DNA of 64,000 bases from Hydrolagus colliei. Taxonomy: Eukaryota. The notes beneath the pieces are model-generated. The model worked only from the letters and a program-made list of their open reading frames with translations, was not told the DNA's origin and ran no database searches. Below, piece after piece: positions 38,565 through 51,851 of this stretch; position 1 is the stretch's first letter; each line of letters opens with the position of its first letter. The stretch covers positions 10,850,001-10,914,000 of the forward strand of contig CM068750.1 in the NCBI GenBank assembly GCA_035084275.1. The letters run 5' to 3'. A program made the position numbers and the translations under genes.

Positions 38565-41500
38565 GAAACTACACTCAGTAGTTTGTTTAGGACATTCATA
38601 AACATAATAAGGGGTTCCTGTGAGTGCCAGATGCCCAGTTAACCAATAGAATAGAAACTTCCAGATGCCTGTGTAATAAAATTATTTCTTTAATCCTACC
38701 CTCCTTCAGAAACAAAACAAATTGAAGGACAAAGTAACAATTTGTTGAACTCTAAAGCATAAAGCCATTGTACTTTAGGAAAAGCAATATCAAAGAATAT
38801 TGTCTGAATTGTTAATTAGCCATTTTAATTATCACCCACAGAACTGATTGTAGATGTATGGATTAGCATGTTAGCAGGTCTGTAGAAATGACTGTTTAAT
38901 ACACAGATGTTTCATTTTGCAGATAAACATTACCTCTACTTGTTGCTTGAAAATTCTCTGGTCAAAGTCTACCGTGAAGACAAATTTTGTAGCAGCAATA
39001 TGTTGATTCATTGCATTACTGTATTTTTACCCAAGAATGCTTGCTGTCCTGGTATTTCACATAATATTCAATATGCTATATTGAAAAATATTATTATTGG
39101 GTATGTATTCTGTCACTCTCACCAAGCATCTAAAATGAAATAAATGTGTTTTAGAATGCAATTAACAAGAATCTACAATAGGTACCGTAAAACCAATGGT
39201 GGTAGCCACAGAAAAAACACTTCCACAGTCATTAAATGATCTATATTTTGGCTCACACAAATGAGAACTGCAGCAAAATAGCATCTAATTATGTCTCATT
39301 AAAACTAGCAGAAATCAAAACAGCAACTTAGTTTGCATGTTTAACTTGAGATGTATTTTTACTGAGATTTGCTGACTTATTTTGCTAATGCAAAAATAAT
39401 TGGCTTTCAGACAATGCTTTCAAAATCTCAAAGACACTGCCCATCACATATAATCTCATAAGAGGGAATATATAAATGTAGCTGATACTCTATACCTAAC
39501 TATTCAAATGAGGATTTTTTTTCTTGCATTCCAATTTGCATGTAATACTTAAATATTTTAATATTACAATTATCCAAAAGGTTATTGTCAGGGTTCTGAA
39601 TTACTAAATATAAAACAGTCAGCACAGAGAAGAGTACTGATTTGCTCTGTCTGTTACTATGTTTTATTGAGTCTTTTATACTGTACAATATTACATATGT
39701 GATCATAGGATTTGATGCAGTGACACAATAGGCTTGTATAATGTTACTAAGTCTGTAGTTTTCAGTTGCATAACAAACTGCAAAAATTACTAAACATCAT
39801 TCTGGTTGGTAACACAAATGTCACAATAACAAAACGACAATGTGATCATGGCTGAAAGAAATGTTTATTATGTAACAGTACAATAAAAATTACATTTGTA
39901 CAGTGCCTTTAATATCAAAATAGTGAAAAAATGAAAATATTTAGGTTTACAATATTGCTTGCACTGAAAGCAAATAGTACGAAAATATAAATAGCAGAAT
40001 TTGTTGAAATTGTTAGCAAAAATACTGCCTTAGCTCAATTGGTGGTAATATTGCATCTGAGTGAACTTAAATAGTATATCCGGATTTGAGTTTCCTTTTA
40101 AAGTTTTGTATTTTTGTGCAGAAAACATCTCATTTCTCTCCAATTCTTCTGATAGTCCTGCCTAATAATCACCACGCCCTATTTGTTTCCAGCAACTCGA
40201 GAGTTAACTTTTCCTGAGCTGTAAAAAGAATAATCCCCACCATTTGTTGTGAACTCTTGCACAGAAACTGTATGACGTTCATGCACAAGGTGTTGGAACT
40301 GAGCATTTAATTACTAGTCAAGTACTTCTTATTTAGAAACGCATCCAATTAGATGCTGCCCAGTCTTGTAATGTAGTGATGATGCATTGAGGTGCTTATG
40401 CCCTTGTTGAACAGGCCTTTGACAAACTTCCTTCTGCTCTCTTAAGATTAAGGGAAGGAGGTAAGTATCTCTGAACTTCATTGAAAGATTTTTAAAATAT
40501 AAATAATTCAAAACTAATGAAATTAAGCTCTCAGGAAGATTGCTAATTTCATTTCTAGAGCTCTAGAAATCCAAGGCTGAACAACCAGGGATGTGAGTTC
40601 CCATGGAAACTGAATGCTATCTGCATGACTGTATATGTTCCAAGAATCTCAGCCCTATGTTGAGAGCATCTTTGACCTTGTGGGTCAGTTTGTGCTGGAT
40701 TTTGAAGAGTGTAGTAGCATTTTGGGTCTTCAGGGAATGGAAGAAATGTTATCTTGTTTGTCTGCATGGATCTTGCCTACTACTTGCTGGAAGGATGGTT
40801 GTGGGCCTTTGTGAGGCAGCGTGCCAATTTCTGTGACCTCTCTTGCCATGTTTTGCAGCTGATTTCTGGTGTGGCAAAGCTGTGAAACCTCTGACCTTCC
40901 TCAAGGCTCTACTTGTCTTCACTCAGAGCATAAACAATATCCTAGTCACCAGAGAATCTATGGATTTACTGGTTTGACATCATTCCAGTTTCCTTGTAGT
41001 TAAAAGCAAAATTCTAACTTAAAGAGAATGCTTCAAAGTCCCATTGGACTTGGTCAATGCACTGGCTTTGTGATCCTGTGCTGCTGCTACTTTCTCTCCA
41101 CAGCTAATTGGATTATGTGCCTGATAGATTACAGAATGAGAGGTGACCACTCTTTGTGACTTTGGGACAGCAGGTAGGTAAGAGAAGTTGAATAACTGTA
41201 AGCACCGACAAGATCACAGCAAGAGATTGGTTTGGATGAAGCAGGCCCTTCAGCCCATCTGATCTGATCTCTCCTGATACCCACCTGTTTTAATCCCTGC
41301 TCTCCTCTTCTCTCTGCCCGTAGGAGGAAATAGAGAATCCTCCAGTTGTGGAGGAAGCACCATATTGCCCCTTAACATCTCCAATGTCTGATCTTGCACC
41401 AGCCCATTTTTTTGGTGCGTCGTTCACTAACTTCTAAAATATAAACCAGGCCCGAAATGTCTAATTAGAAACCCAAAGACCCTCTGTTTCTACTCACTTC

Positions 41501-42175
41501 TACTTCTACCAAATAAGTTAGCAATTAATTTTAATCAGCAGAAAGCACAATCAAAACTGAACCTTGATTTTACACCTGCCTTGCTCTTATTCTGCTCCTT
41601 GTTTGGATTTGCCTAAAAGTAGCGATCCTGCTCCCTCTACTGACAGTGTCACCTAATTGCAATCTCTTCATGATCCTGGAAGCTTTCTTTGGACCCACAA
41701 TATGCGGAGGCCATTCTTTGGGGAAAGAGTACAGTTATTGGTCTTTTTTGATTTTGTTCAACAGAGCAGGTTGAATGCACTTGCCAAATAGGTGACTCAA
41801 AGAATGTGTTTGCCCTGTTATTCGTGATATACCCTCAAGGATGAATTTTGGTAACTAGTTTCAAAATTTAAGAAAAGATTACTGTGTCAAGGTGGCCAAA
41901 TTATTGAAATCACTGAGGTCCAGCTGTCGATGAAAAGGGAAATAATTTTTTTTCCATAAAGTCAGAACATACTTAGGATGGAGATGGAACAATGCCTTGA
42001 AGCTTCCAAATTTGTGTGTGCAAATGAAAGTGGAATGGAATGTTTTTCTTGTATATCTTCTGAAATCTTTGGAGGTGGCTTCTGAGCCTTGGTTGGTTAT
42101 AACTGTGACCTGCTGTGTGTTTAGTATGCTGTATGATGTAAGGAATTGATAAGTTCAGACTTTCACATGTATATC

Positions 42176-42482
42176 AGAGTCCTGTTAGCTCAGTGGTTAC
42201 AGCACTCTTCTTGCAAGTGAGAGACCTAGGTTCAATGCCCGGCAGGGCAAAACATTGGGCAAGGTTCCTTTTCTGCACACCTGATAATAATCCCTTTTTT
42301 AAAAAAAAAAATTTAATTGTTCATTTCAATCCATGGCTATTCGTGGGACATTGCTGTGTGCAATTGGTTGCTGCCTTTCACCCATAGTCAATATACAGTC
42401 AATTCACTTTACAGTATAATCAGTGAAGCACTTTGAGACATCCAGAAGTTGTGAAAAGTTCTATATCAAAATGCAAGTATTT
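42176..42482 (+). mobile_element. tRNA-derived SINE, full length
   Basis: gagtcctgttagctcagtggtt ... ggttcaatgcc ... gtgggacattgctgtgtgcaattggttgc ... tail. Confidence 0.9.
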
Positions 42483-42599
42483 TTTTAAATGACTAATGGA
42501 TGGAGGGCCACCAGTTGTCATTTCTGTCTTAACAAGGTGTTAAAGCCTTTTATTGATGTGTTGCCTTTATTCATCACTTTAAATCTTTACTTTGCACCT

Positions 42600-42990
42600 A
42601 ACAGTGTGGCAGGTTGGTGTTGAACAGTATTTTTCTGCCTGGCAGTTTCCAAAATCAAATAGTTCTGGAGAGTAGCCAGGGGATGGGGTCAAGGGAGCAG
42701 GTGGTGGGCTTCATGGAGGATGTGGTGGTGATGACAGAGGAGGGGGAGACAGATTTGAACATGTGGAAGGAGGGATGGGTAGGGGTTGGAGTATGGGGGA
42801 GAGATGGGGAAGGAGTAGCAGTTGGGAGAGCAGAGGCAGCTGAATGGATTCCCTCAATTTTGGACCCAAGGAAATTCAGCATCTCCTCACAGTGGATGTT
42901 AGAGGAGAGAATAGACAAGGCATTTGGGGTGGGGGGTGGGGGGGGGGAGGAGCTTGTGTGTTGTGTAGCATAGGTGCCCAGTGTTGCCCT
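42600..42990 (-). mobile_element. Internal L2 ORF2 fragment, just upstream of the RT domain
   Basis: ORF 42655..43065: CEEMLNFLGSKIEGI...FKSVSPSSV...SMKPTTCSLDPIP is a recognisable L2 motif. Confidence 0.75.
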
Positions 42991-43519
42991 TCGCCTCCAA
43001 GATGAGATGATGTTCTGAAAATCTGTTACTCTTTCGTGTGGTATTACACCACAAAAGTGTTGCAAATCTTAAAGCTGCTTTATCCAACTCTAATCTGAGC
43101 AAACACTTTGCAGCGTGGAATGTTATCCAGGACTTTAGCCAGTTGTGCCAACAGAATATCACAACAATCTGGTAAAAACTGACGGCAATGCTAACACCCA
43201 TGTTAACTGCTGAGGAGTGAATTGCAATATTGTCTTGCATTTACAGTGACCCACATATTGGGCAGAGGTCCTGCAATACCTACCCATGCAAGTTAGAGAT
43301 AGAGCTTTCTATGTCTCAGTTAACATACGCAACCAATGGTGGCAAAGCCTTCAGTAACTTTGCCCCTATTTCTGAAACTGGTTGCTTCCATCCCTTCACC
43401 TGTTTTTTAAATCTCACATTAAATCCTTTAAAACTAGCCTAAGTGCATCTCCCCCTTTTGCTTTGCTTAGCAGTTGATTCCTCTACTGAAGTGCTCCAAG
43501 CTGTTATCAACCACAAAAT

Positions 43520-43640
43520 TAGATTTGCATAGTGCCTTTCACGTCGGGAGGATGTCCCAAGGTGCTGGAAAGACAGTATTTTCGACCTGAGCTGGGGGTA
43601 GGGATTGGGGAAGATGGAGGGCACGGGGGATGGAGGTTTA
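43520..43640 (-). mobile_element. L2-type 3' tail fragment
   Basis: gtgcctttcacgtcgggaggatgtcccaaggtgct matches the tails at 24581 and 10276; gacctgagctgggg is shared with 21096. Confidence 0.7.
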
Positions 43641-45386
43641 TCGTTATCCTTCATGAAAGACACTGTAATAAATAAAAGTTATTTGGTATCAAACTGACAT
43701 TACACTTCAGAGAAGATACTGTTAAGGCTTCCTCAAAATATTAAATGCAGTATAACAAATATAAAGAGTATTGTAAATTGTTGAATGCCTGCCTTCTCTG
43801 TGTCTTATACATTGACTTGTTGTTTACAATGCAGAATGACTCCATCTTTCACAGCACTGGATTCTCGATCTCTCATGTCTACTTTTGCATTAAGTTCAGA
43901 ATTATTTTACCTCAGAATGAAATGATTAAGATAGATTTGCATTTTCTTAGTCTATGCCTTTGCCATTGAAGAGCAGCAGCTGATATTCATCTTCAGGAAA
44001 AGCCTGATCCTAATAGCAGTGCCAAAGGTTGTGGTTTGCTGATATACTAGGTTTTATGCTGGTTGCTGCTACTATGCATGCTAACTGCGGTAGGTATGCA
44101 GGTTTGTTTAATGATGTCTCTTTGGGATGATTAGTGCAAGTGGTGCCCTCAAAATTCCTGATCGCCAGAGAGAGAACATAAAAATGTTTGAGACTGTTAC
44201 AGTAATGACTATTAACTCTGATTCTTGCTGCTTGTCTCATTAGGAGCATCTTGCTGATTAGGCTTTGGATTGCAGCTTTAACAGAAACCAAGTGGGAGGA
44301 ATTCCTGATACATGAACCCTTCTATCCCTTGATTGGTAGACCTACCAATGAGCCAGGCTCAGCAGTGCAGACCCACCTGGTTTAAGATGTGATTCTGGCA
44401 TCCTGTTGCTTGGAGCCTGCATATGTAACTCCAGTGAAAACACCCACATATACAATGTACAGAATTCTATATATTTATATATAATATGTATATTTGAGAA
44501 ACTAATTTAATGCTAAGCATCATATATGAATTGTTGTCAGCTGAGTACCGTATAAAAATAGATTAATATATTTAAAGAGATGCACAGAGAGACCTGCCAG
44601 AAGACTGGAATAAGTAGCAAGCCAGCAATATCACAGATTTCTCCAAGGAAAACATCCAGACAGACACTCATAAAGCAGATGCCACCTTCTTTAAGGTTCC
44701 ATCTTGTGACTGTGAGTCCGCCGATTGAATGTGATCTCCCAGACTGGCTTGGTTCCATACTTTTGATTTTGCAACTAATGTTCAGTAGCTCAATAACCCA
44801 TTGCTGTGCCTTGCAGCTTGCCCTGGGGTTGACATGAGAGAGATTGCTGCTAAAAAAAAATGGTTGGGCTCTCCTCTGTTAAAAGAGGCTTTTTACTCCA
44901 CACTGTCTCAGGTCACCTGAGAAGCATCAGCATCAGACTAAAATTAATATACTGTATTAGATGATAAAAAAAACTATATTTCCATATCTTAAAACACTGG
45001 TCTGTGTTGATTAAAGCAAGTGTAATTCTGGGTTTTATAATCTGTTCATCTCTGTGGTGTGAATTTTATTCATTTGAATTTATATTCTTTGACTTATTCT
45101 TCATATGCCAACACTAACTGTCAACAGGCACTGTACTGTTGCTTTAGTATCGATAATGGATGTGAAATTATACCCTGCATGGTTGAAAAAATTGCTAAAG
45201 TACAGTGAGTTTGTATCTCCAGTGTACTGGACTTTGTTTGAATGCACAGTGCAAAGTCATAATAATGATTTGAGATACTATTGTCACAGTGAAATATGTT
45301 ACCTGTGGTCAGCGGTTGGAGTTAAAGAGGGCATTTTATGTTCAAAACTGTATGATAACACTAGACTTATCCTTGTTATCCAGATG

Positions 45387-45417
45387 TGCAGATGGTTAAA
45401 TAACCACTAGGTGGCAG
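45387..45417 (+). promoter_or_regulatory. Candidate CTCF site with upstream module
   Basis: Core CCACTAGGTGGCAG (45404-45417) fits CCASYAGRKGGCRS fully; TGCAG lies 12 nt upstream. Confidence 0.6.
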
Positions 45418-45446
45418 AAAATACTTATCCAGCTGAATTTGTTATA

Positions 45447-45558
45447 TAATAATAATAATCCTTGCATTCGATATAGCGCTGTCCACATCTTCTAAATGTC
45501 TCAAAGCGCTTCACAGAATATACTGTAAAGTGAATTGACTGTATATTTGTGGGTGAAG
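45447..45558 (-). mobile_element. SINE 3' fragment
   Basis: taataataatccttgcattcgatatagcgct ... aaagtgaattgactgtatatttgtgggtga. Confidence 0.85.
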
Positions 45559-47949
45559 ATTGAGGGTTAACCCTTTAACAACATAACCATAAAGGATGCA
45601 TCCAAAATGTACAGATTATACAGTGATGAATGGAGTTAAATTAAGTAACTGGTTTGAGGCATCAGTGTGTAAATTGCATGAATGCTTGTCTAGCGAGAAC
45701 ATCTTTTGGTCTTTCAATTGTGTCAGACTTGACTCTCTCTCCAATTTACACTTTAGCATGTAGTTTTCCAATTTTATAGAAATAATTGTAATAATGCCAA
45801 TGGCACAGTGAGTAAATACAAGTCGTTTGTACCGAGCCATTTAGATAGTCTGCAGTTTTACATCAATATTGAAAGTGCAGATGTGCTGTAATTCATTTGC
45901 CATAAAATAGTAAGTCATGAACATTTATCTATTAAGAAAGACAACAGTGACTCATTTGTTCATATCAATCAAATTATAACTGTATATGGGTTTGTTTAAT
46001 AATGCTCACCTCACTAAACAATTCTGTTTTGATTGCTCAAGAATCAAGGTGTTTGATATATTCAGAGCAGGATATTATGAAATGCTAACGTGCGCCAAGA
46101 GTTTCCTATCTCTGGTTCTTCTAGAACGAAAGATGCATCAAAAATTTCTTCTTTTGAAACGTTTGCCCAAGCTTCAAATGTGTATCACAGCCTATACAGC
46201 ATAAAAGCTTCAATTCCATAGATTTGAACTACATTTCAATGCAGCTGTGGGATGAAACTTCACCCTTGGCAGATTATGGTAAGATTGCCTGACTACTCAT
46301 TCACCCCATTTCTCTTCTGAAAAAGTATTGGCAACTGTGACAGGGACAACTGTCACTGTGCTTGTTGGGTTGATGCATTTTGAAAGCTGTGCCAACATAC
46401 ATGTTGATCATTACATTGTTGGGGAAACTGTTCATGGATTGACCTGCCTAGGGGTGGTCTTGCTGCTGTTTTTCTTGCACTTTTGAGAAATCATTGGCTT
46501 TTTATAGGCAATATTGCAGCCTCCATCCATATCAATAAACGATTGTGAGGTGTGGCTTTGTTTTGTTCAGATTTTTGCAAGCCATTAGCTGTACCACTCT
46601 GAAACTCTACACTTATAGCTCGCCATACAGACTGCACCTGATGGTCTGTGGTCCTGTAGTCTTGTTATTTTCCTTATCTCTATCAACGTAATTTTGTTGT
46701 TCTTGTTATCTTTAATAACTAGATTTACCTCACAACAAATGCATTGCAAAGATACAAATGCTGTATTAACATATTAAGGCAGTATTTTAAAGAGGAGAGA
46801 AACTGAATTATGAGCCAATGGAGATGTGAATAAATTGTGAAAGATTGGCTGAACACATCATTATTGCTGAAATCATCTGTTTATTCTATATATCAAGCTG
46901 AGTGTAACTATTTGAACCCTTACAAAGATTAGGCACATGGATAATTTAGACTGTTGCTGTCTTTTTTAAAGAAGCAACTTTTTTGTTCAAAAATACTGTA
47001 TATTAATCGGATGCAAAGTTTTTTTTTACTCATGCTGGCATGTCTGTAAATCAATTTGCCACAGGAAATTATGAAGTCTCAAATGCCTTCCTGTGGATAG
47101 TGAAGCTACGCTGCAACAGTCTGTCAGGCAGATACATTAGCATCAGATAATTATTGTCCAAGTGTGAGGGAACTATTATGAGCGCATTTCAATGAATCCT
47201 GACCATATTGAGATTTCACTGTAATCTTTATATTCCTTTTATTTTTCTTCAGTTAAATCAAACAGTAACCGGATGTTAAATGATCAAAACCAAACAAGGT
47301 ATGAATAAATGAATGGTTTCAATATGAACACTGTCTGCATATTTTATAAAGGTTCATTCTCAACAGCCTGACAAATCAGTGCTTGGTGCTCAGACCAGTC
47401 ACAGTCTTTGATTTTTTTTCATAATAGAACACTTAGCAGGTAATGGCAAAGTCATATCATGCGTTATAGTGTTGGGAAAATTATGTAAGCAGGGATGTCC
47501 CCAGGACTACAACTGTCAATCCGAGTGTGAGCTGTACTGTATTTGAAATGTGTCTTACTGATTTGAACCATGTTCATTTCTGGAGAAAGACATTATGTTT
47601 TTTTAATATCAGTGTATTGAGAGAATAATATTTTCTGAGAGCGGTCTTTGGCCTTTGGGCTATCCTTTGAAATTTATCTACAATTAGGTCGATTTGTTAT
47701 ATACAGTAGTTTACTTTAGATGGGTTGGCTTCTTGAATAGTACATTTACTGATTTTCATCCAATCTTTTGACTTTGCGTTTGATCAGACTGCATGGATTG
47801 TTCAGGATAACTTGTGAAACTTGGTTTCTGATTTCAAAAAGCAATGAAGATAACATGGCATTGATACACTTCTATAGCAATACTGTAACAGCCAACAAAT
47901 GCAGAGACACTGGAAAGTGTTCAGACCATCACATGCATTGTCATCAAGG

Positions 47950-48050
47950 ATAATAATAATCCTTGCATGTGATATCGCGCTTTTCACATGTTTCTACACA
48001 TCCCAGCGCTTCACACAATATATAGGGTGAAACGCAGCAACCAATTGTAT
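47950..48050 (-). mobile_element. SINE 3' fragment
   Basis: taataataatccttgcatgtgatatcgcgcttttcac ... agcgcttcac. Confidence 0.75.
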
Positions 48051-49539
48051 ATGGGATCATCAGCAAGCAACATCCAGTTAGCACCAGCACTTCATTAACC
48101 ATCAATTTAGGAACTTCCTGATAATTTGGTTCTTTAAAAAAATTAATACTTGTTAAAGTCAACTAATTTGTAATATGAGTCGAGGAAAACCGCCAGTGGT
48201 AGAAAATATTTTGGGAACTATGTCTAAAGTTGCCTGTTTCTTCCAAGCCTGCTTAATATTGATCATATTTGAAATCTGCTACATGTCTGCAGGCTATTAT
48301 AATATGTAAACTTCTGCTAGAATTATTATTGCTTTGGCTGTCTGGCTGTTGCAAATTATTTGCAAGTTTCATTTCTCTTGCAAGTCCAGATAACAGCATA
48401 AATAGTTGGAAGGAATTGTGCACTTTAAAGTACAATGATTAGGAGCTTCGGAAACTGTGTTAATCCATCTCCCTCATTATGGACTCAATATATTCAGTAT
48501 TTGTTGTGGAACTAATGTTGTTGTTATGCAAATAAGTATAACTATACCCTTCACACACACGCACCCTGTGTTGTGGAACAAAGGAATTATATCTGTTTGT
48601 ATTTGCTGTTGTTGTATAGTCTGAACACTGGATTCTTTATGCTTCAGCGGAAGGTCTTTGAAGTAAAGTACCTGCAGATTTTTTTTAAATTACTTGAAAT
48701 TACAGATTTCATTTTTAATCTTAGGGAATGAAATGGTCTTTGTCTTTCTGTAGCACTATGTGAGGTCATTTCCTTCTGTAAATAGAATTATCGTACTGAC
48801 ACAAAAGTGCACCAAAAATAGATGCAAATTAGGTTATTAATATTTATTTGGCAGTGTGAAATAGTCAAAACAGTGCCCTGAGCCGTGAAGTGGAATGCAT
48901 TGGCACCCATGCTGATGTTTATCGGGGAAGTAAAATTCATCCCGATTATACAGAGCAGTAACCCCTTAAACACAGTACCCCTGATGCCATTAACATTGAC
49001 TGTTGAGAAGCATATAAAATTGGGGGTATTTTCAGTCATGTAGCTGTTTAAATCCCAGTAAGATTGTGCTGATTGTGATACTTTATTTAATCTCTGAGAA
49101 TAGCATTGAGTACCAGTTGTACAGAGGAACCCTTGCTGTTGATATTGGTCAAGGCATTGATTCATTCATTTTTTAAGAAAGCAATAACGTCAATCTTTAT
49201 TAGCAAGATATCAGACATAAACCAGGCTCAATTGGTAACATATTCACCTCTGGTATCAGAGCATTGTGGTTTGAAGCCCCATGTTAGGACTTTAAGATGC
49301 CAACAATAAATACCCCATTGCAAACTCTGACTTTTGCCAAGCTGCGCCTAAAACCTGCTGGAATTAGATAAGTAGGATGAGTCTCTCCAGGGAAAGAGTG
49401 CACATTCCATTCCAAATGTATCTCTGGAGTTTCCACATATCATGGAACTCTCAGCTTGGTTTGGATACTCTTTCTAGTGATGGATACGAGTGATGGGTCT
49501 CCGCATGTGTCAGACACCCAGCTGACCCTAAACAAGCTC

Positions 49540-49862
49540 TGAGTTTATGCTAATATTCCAATCGAGTGCTCGGGGAGAGCTACAATGTCGAAGGTGCAGC
49601 CCTTTGCAAGGTGTAGCCCTTGGCTGAAATGTTAAACCGAGGTCCTGTTTACTTGTTCAGAAGAAAGTCAGTGATCTCACCACATGATGAGAAGGTGACT
49701 TCTTCCGGTGTCTTGGTCAACAAACTCCGAAATACAATTGATTATTCAGTTTATGTTCCATTTGAGGAACATTGCAGTATGCAAATTGGCTGCTACCTCT
49801 AAGCCTAGCCGCTACACTTTTTTTTAACAGAAAAGTTCTGTGAAGCGCTTTGAGATGTTTGA
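49540..49862 (+). mobile_element. Older Deu-domain SINE, degraded; a possible head lies at about 49225-49295
   Basis: tgaaatgttaaaccgaggtcctg is shared with the 52003 copy; ccggtgtcttggtcaacaaact; tgcaaattggctgc; tail tgtgaagcgctttgagatg. Confidence 0.7.
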
Positions 49863-49878
49863 CCTGAAAGATCAAATT

Positions 49879-49936
49879 CAACCATTTTGTCGGCAATAGA
49901 TATTACGTATCTATTATATTGCCGACATAATGGTTG
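49879..49936. repeat. 20-bp inverted repeat (1 mismatch) with 18-nt spacer
   Basis: caaccattttgtcggcaata ... tattgccgacataatggttg. Confidence 0.93.
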
Positions 49937-51421
49937 TGTTGGGAGTTATTTGAACCACTTGTATACCTCAGATGAAGATGTACACTAAGTTCCCTTCTCT
50001 CTGATTCTATGATCCGAACCCCTCCCTAGGACATGTTACAACTTGTATACACCCACTGTTTGTGAGAGCTATCCTTTTATCCCTGGGTAATGGTCTGATG
50101 GGATGCTAAATGAGTTTAGGCGGTTAACTCGATTTCTAGCAATAATTGGGACTCCATAGCATAAGATTGCCTGTAATTAATTTTCAGCGAGCCTGAAGAG
50201 TGCCTGACAGAAATGTCCCTGCTAAGCTAATGGCTGCTTTTAAACTAGGCTTGAGGAGAGCAAGCTTTACTTTACATCTAACCCATTCTACAGTTGATTA
50301 GTGGAACTTGAATGCTACATTTTCCTTCACCTTGTTATTCTGCCATTTCTCATTTTGAGAAAAATTATTAAGAGAGGATTTGTTTGGGGAATGCAACCAG
50401 AGATGCATCTGCCCATGTGGGTTCTTGCCACAGTAAAATTGTCCTACAGCTATATCCACCATCTCATGTGGAGAACTATAATGTTCCTTCTGGTCCCTTG
50501 ATATCAATGAATATCCAAAGAATTGCTATGTTAATGGCTGGAGTGTGAAGGGTGAAGGAGAAAAGGGAAAGTATGGAGTGTGTACATTTAGTTCCAACTT
50601 CATGAAATGTTAAATTTCAGTCTTGAGTTAAAACAGAATCAGATGGTGTAGCATAATGGGAACAAAAAGAAACCATATGTTTATTTTCATTAATTTTGCT
50701 CAAGCACACCATGGGGTGCAGTACATTTTGGATAGAATTCCTTCCGTTTCCTTTCCTGGCTGTCACACATGCACAGTTACATTGAAATCACACCCAGCGT
50801 TAATGCCAGCAGTAATATTTGAATGGAACACGTACAAAACAAAGAAAAAGAGTGTGTAATAAGATTGCTGTTTGTTTAACAATAAACACTAAAATGAATT
50901 TGTCATGCCCTAAAACACCCACATTTGTTTTTTATTTTGGGGCTGTTTATTTCTTAATATAAATCCATCACGTGTTATGTGGATACCCCATGTATAGAGA
51001 GTTCTAGCTCACAGGACAACCTTAAATACTTTTGTAATCTGAGTTAACAGAATAAACAAAAACAATGAATTTATATTTAGGGTGAAAATGTAAGTCTAAT
51101 TCACCTTTATAAACTCAGCCCAATTTACTCTTATCATTTTCATCTTAAAGACAGATCACATGACTGAATATTATTGGAAAAACAGATTTCACACTGTTTT
51201 CTACTGTTTTCAGTTAGTCTGAACAATCTCCCAATCTTCCATTCCACATGATTATGACACCATAATCACCATACTGGAAAGTATGATTAACTGGAAGTTT
51301 AGGCAAAAGGAGCCATTCCTTTCAGCCATTGACTTGTAGAAATGTTGTGAATTTAACCAGCTGTTTTAACAATCTGAAAGTTCTATTTATATGTAACTTG
51401 CAGTTCAAATCCTAGTAATAT

Positions 51422-51795
51422 TAATAAATAATAATCCTTGCATTTGATATAGCATTTTTCACGTCTTCTAGATGTTTCAAAGTGCTTCACAGAATATACT
51501 GTAAATTGAATCGACTATATTTATGGTTGAAATGCGGCAGGCAATTGCGCACAGCAGTGTCCCACCAACAATCGTGGATTGAATGATCAATTTATTATTG
51601 TTTTTATTTAGAAGAATTATTATCCCCGGAAAAGCGATCCGCCAATCAACTAACAACCGGGTTCTACTCATTGCTGGGTAAACAGAGGTGTGTGGAGTAA
51701 GGAAACTTAACCAACATTTCGCCCTGCCCTGGAATAGAACCCAGGTCTCTCGCTTGCGAGGCAAGTGCGCTGACCACTGAGCTACAGGACTCTAC
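51422..51795 (-). mobile_element. tRNA-derived SINE, long variant with about 62 extra internal bases
   Basis: Same head and tail as the other copies, plus a segment at about 51624-51686 that they lack. Confidence 0.9.
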
Positions 51796-51851
51796 AATCC
51801 TTCGCTTAAAGGGGAATTGTTACTGTTTTAGGGAAGCAATTTTGAAGCAAT

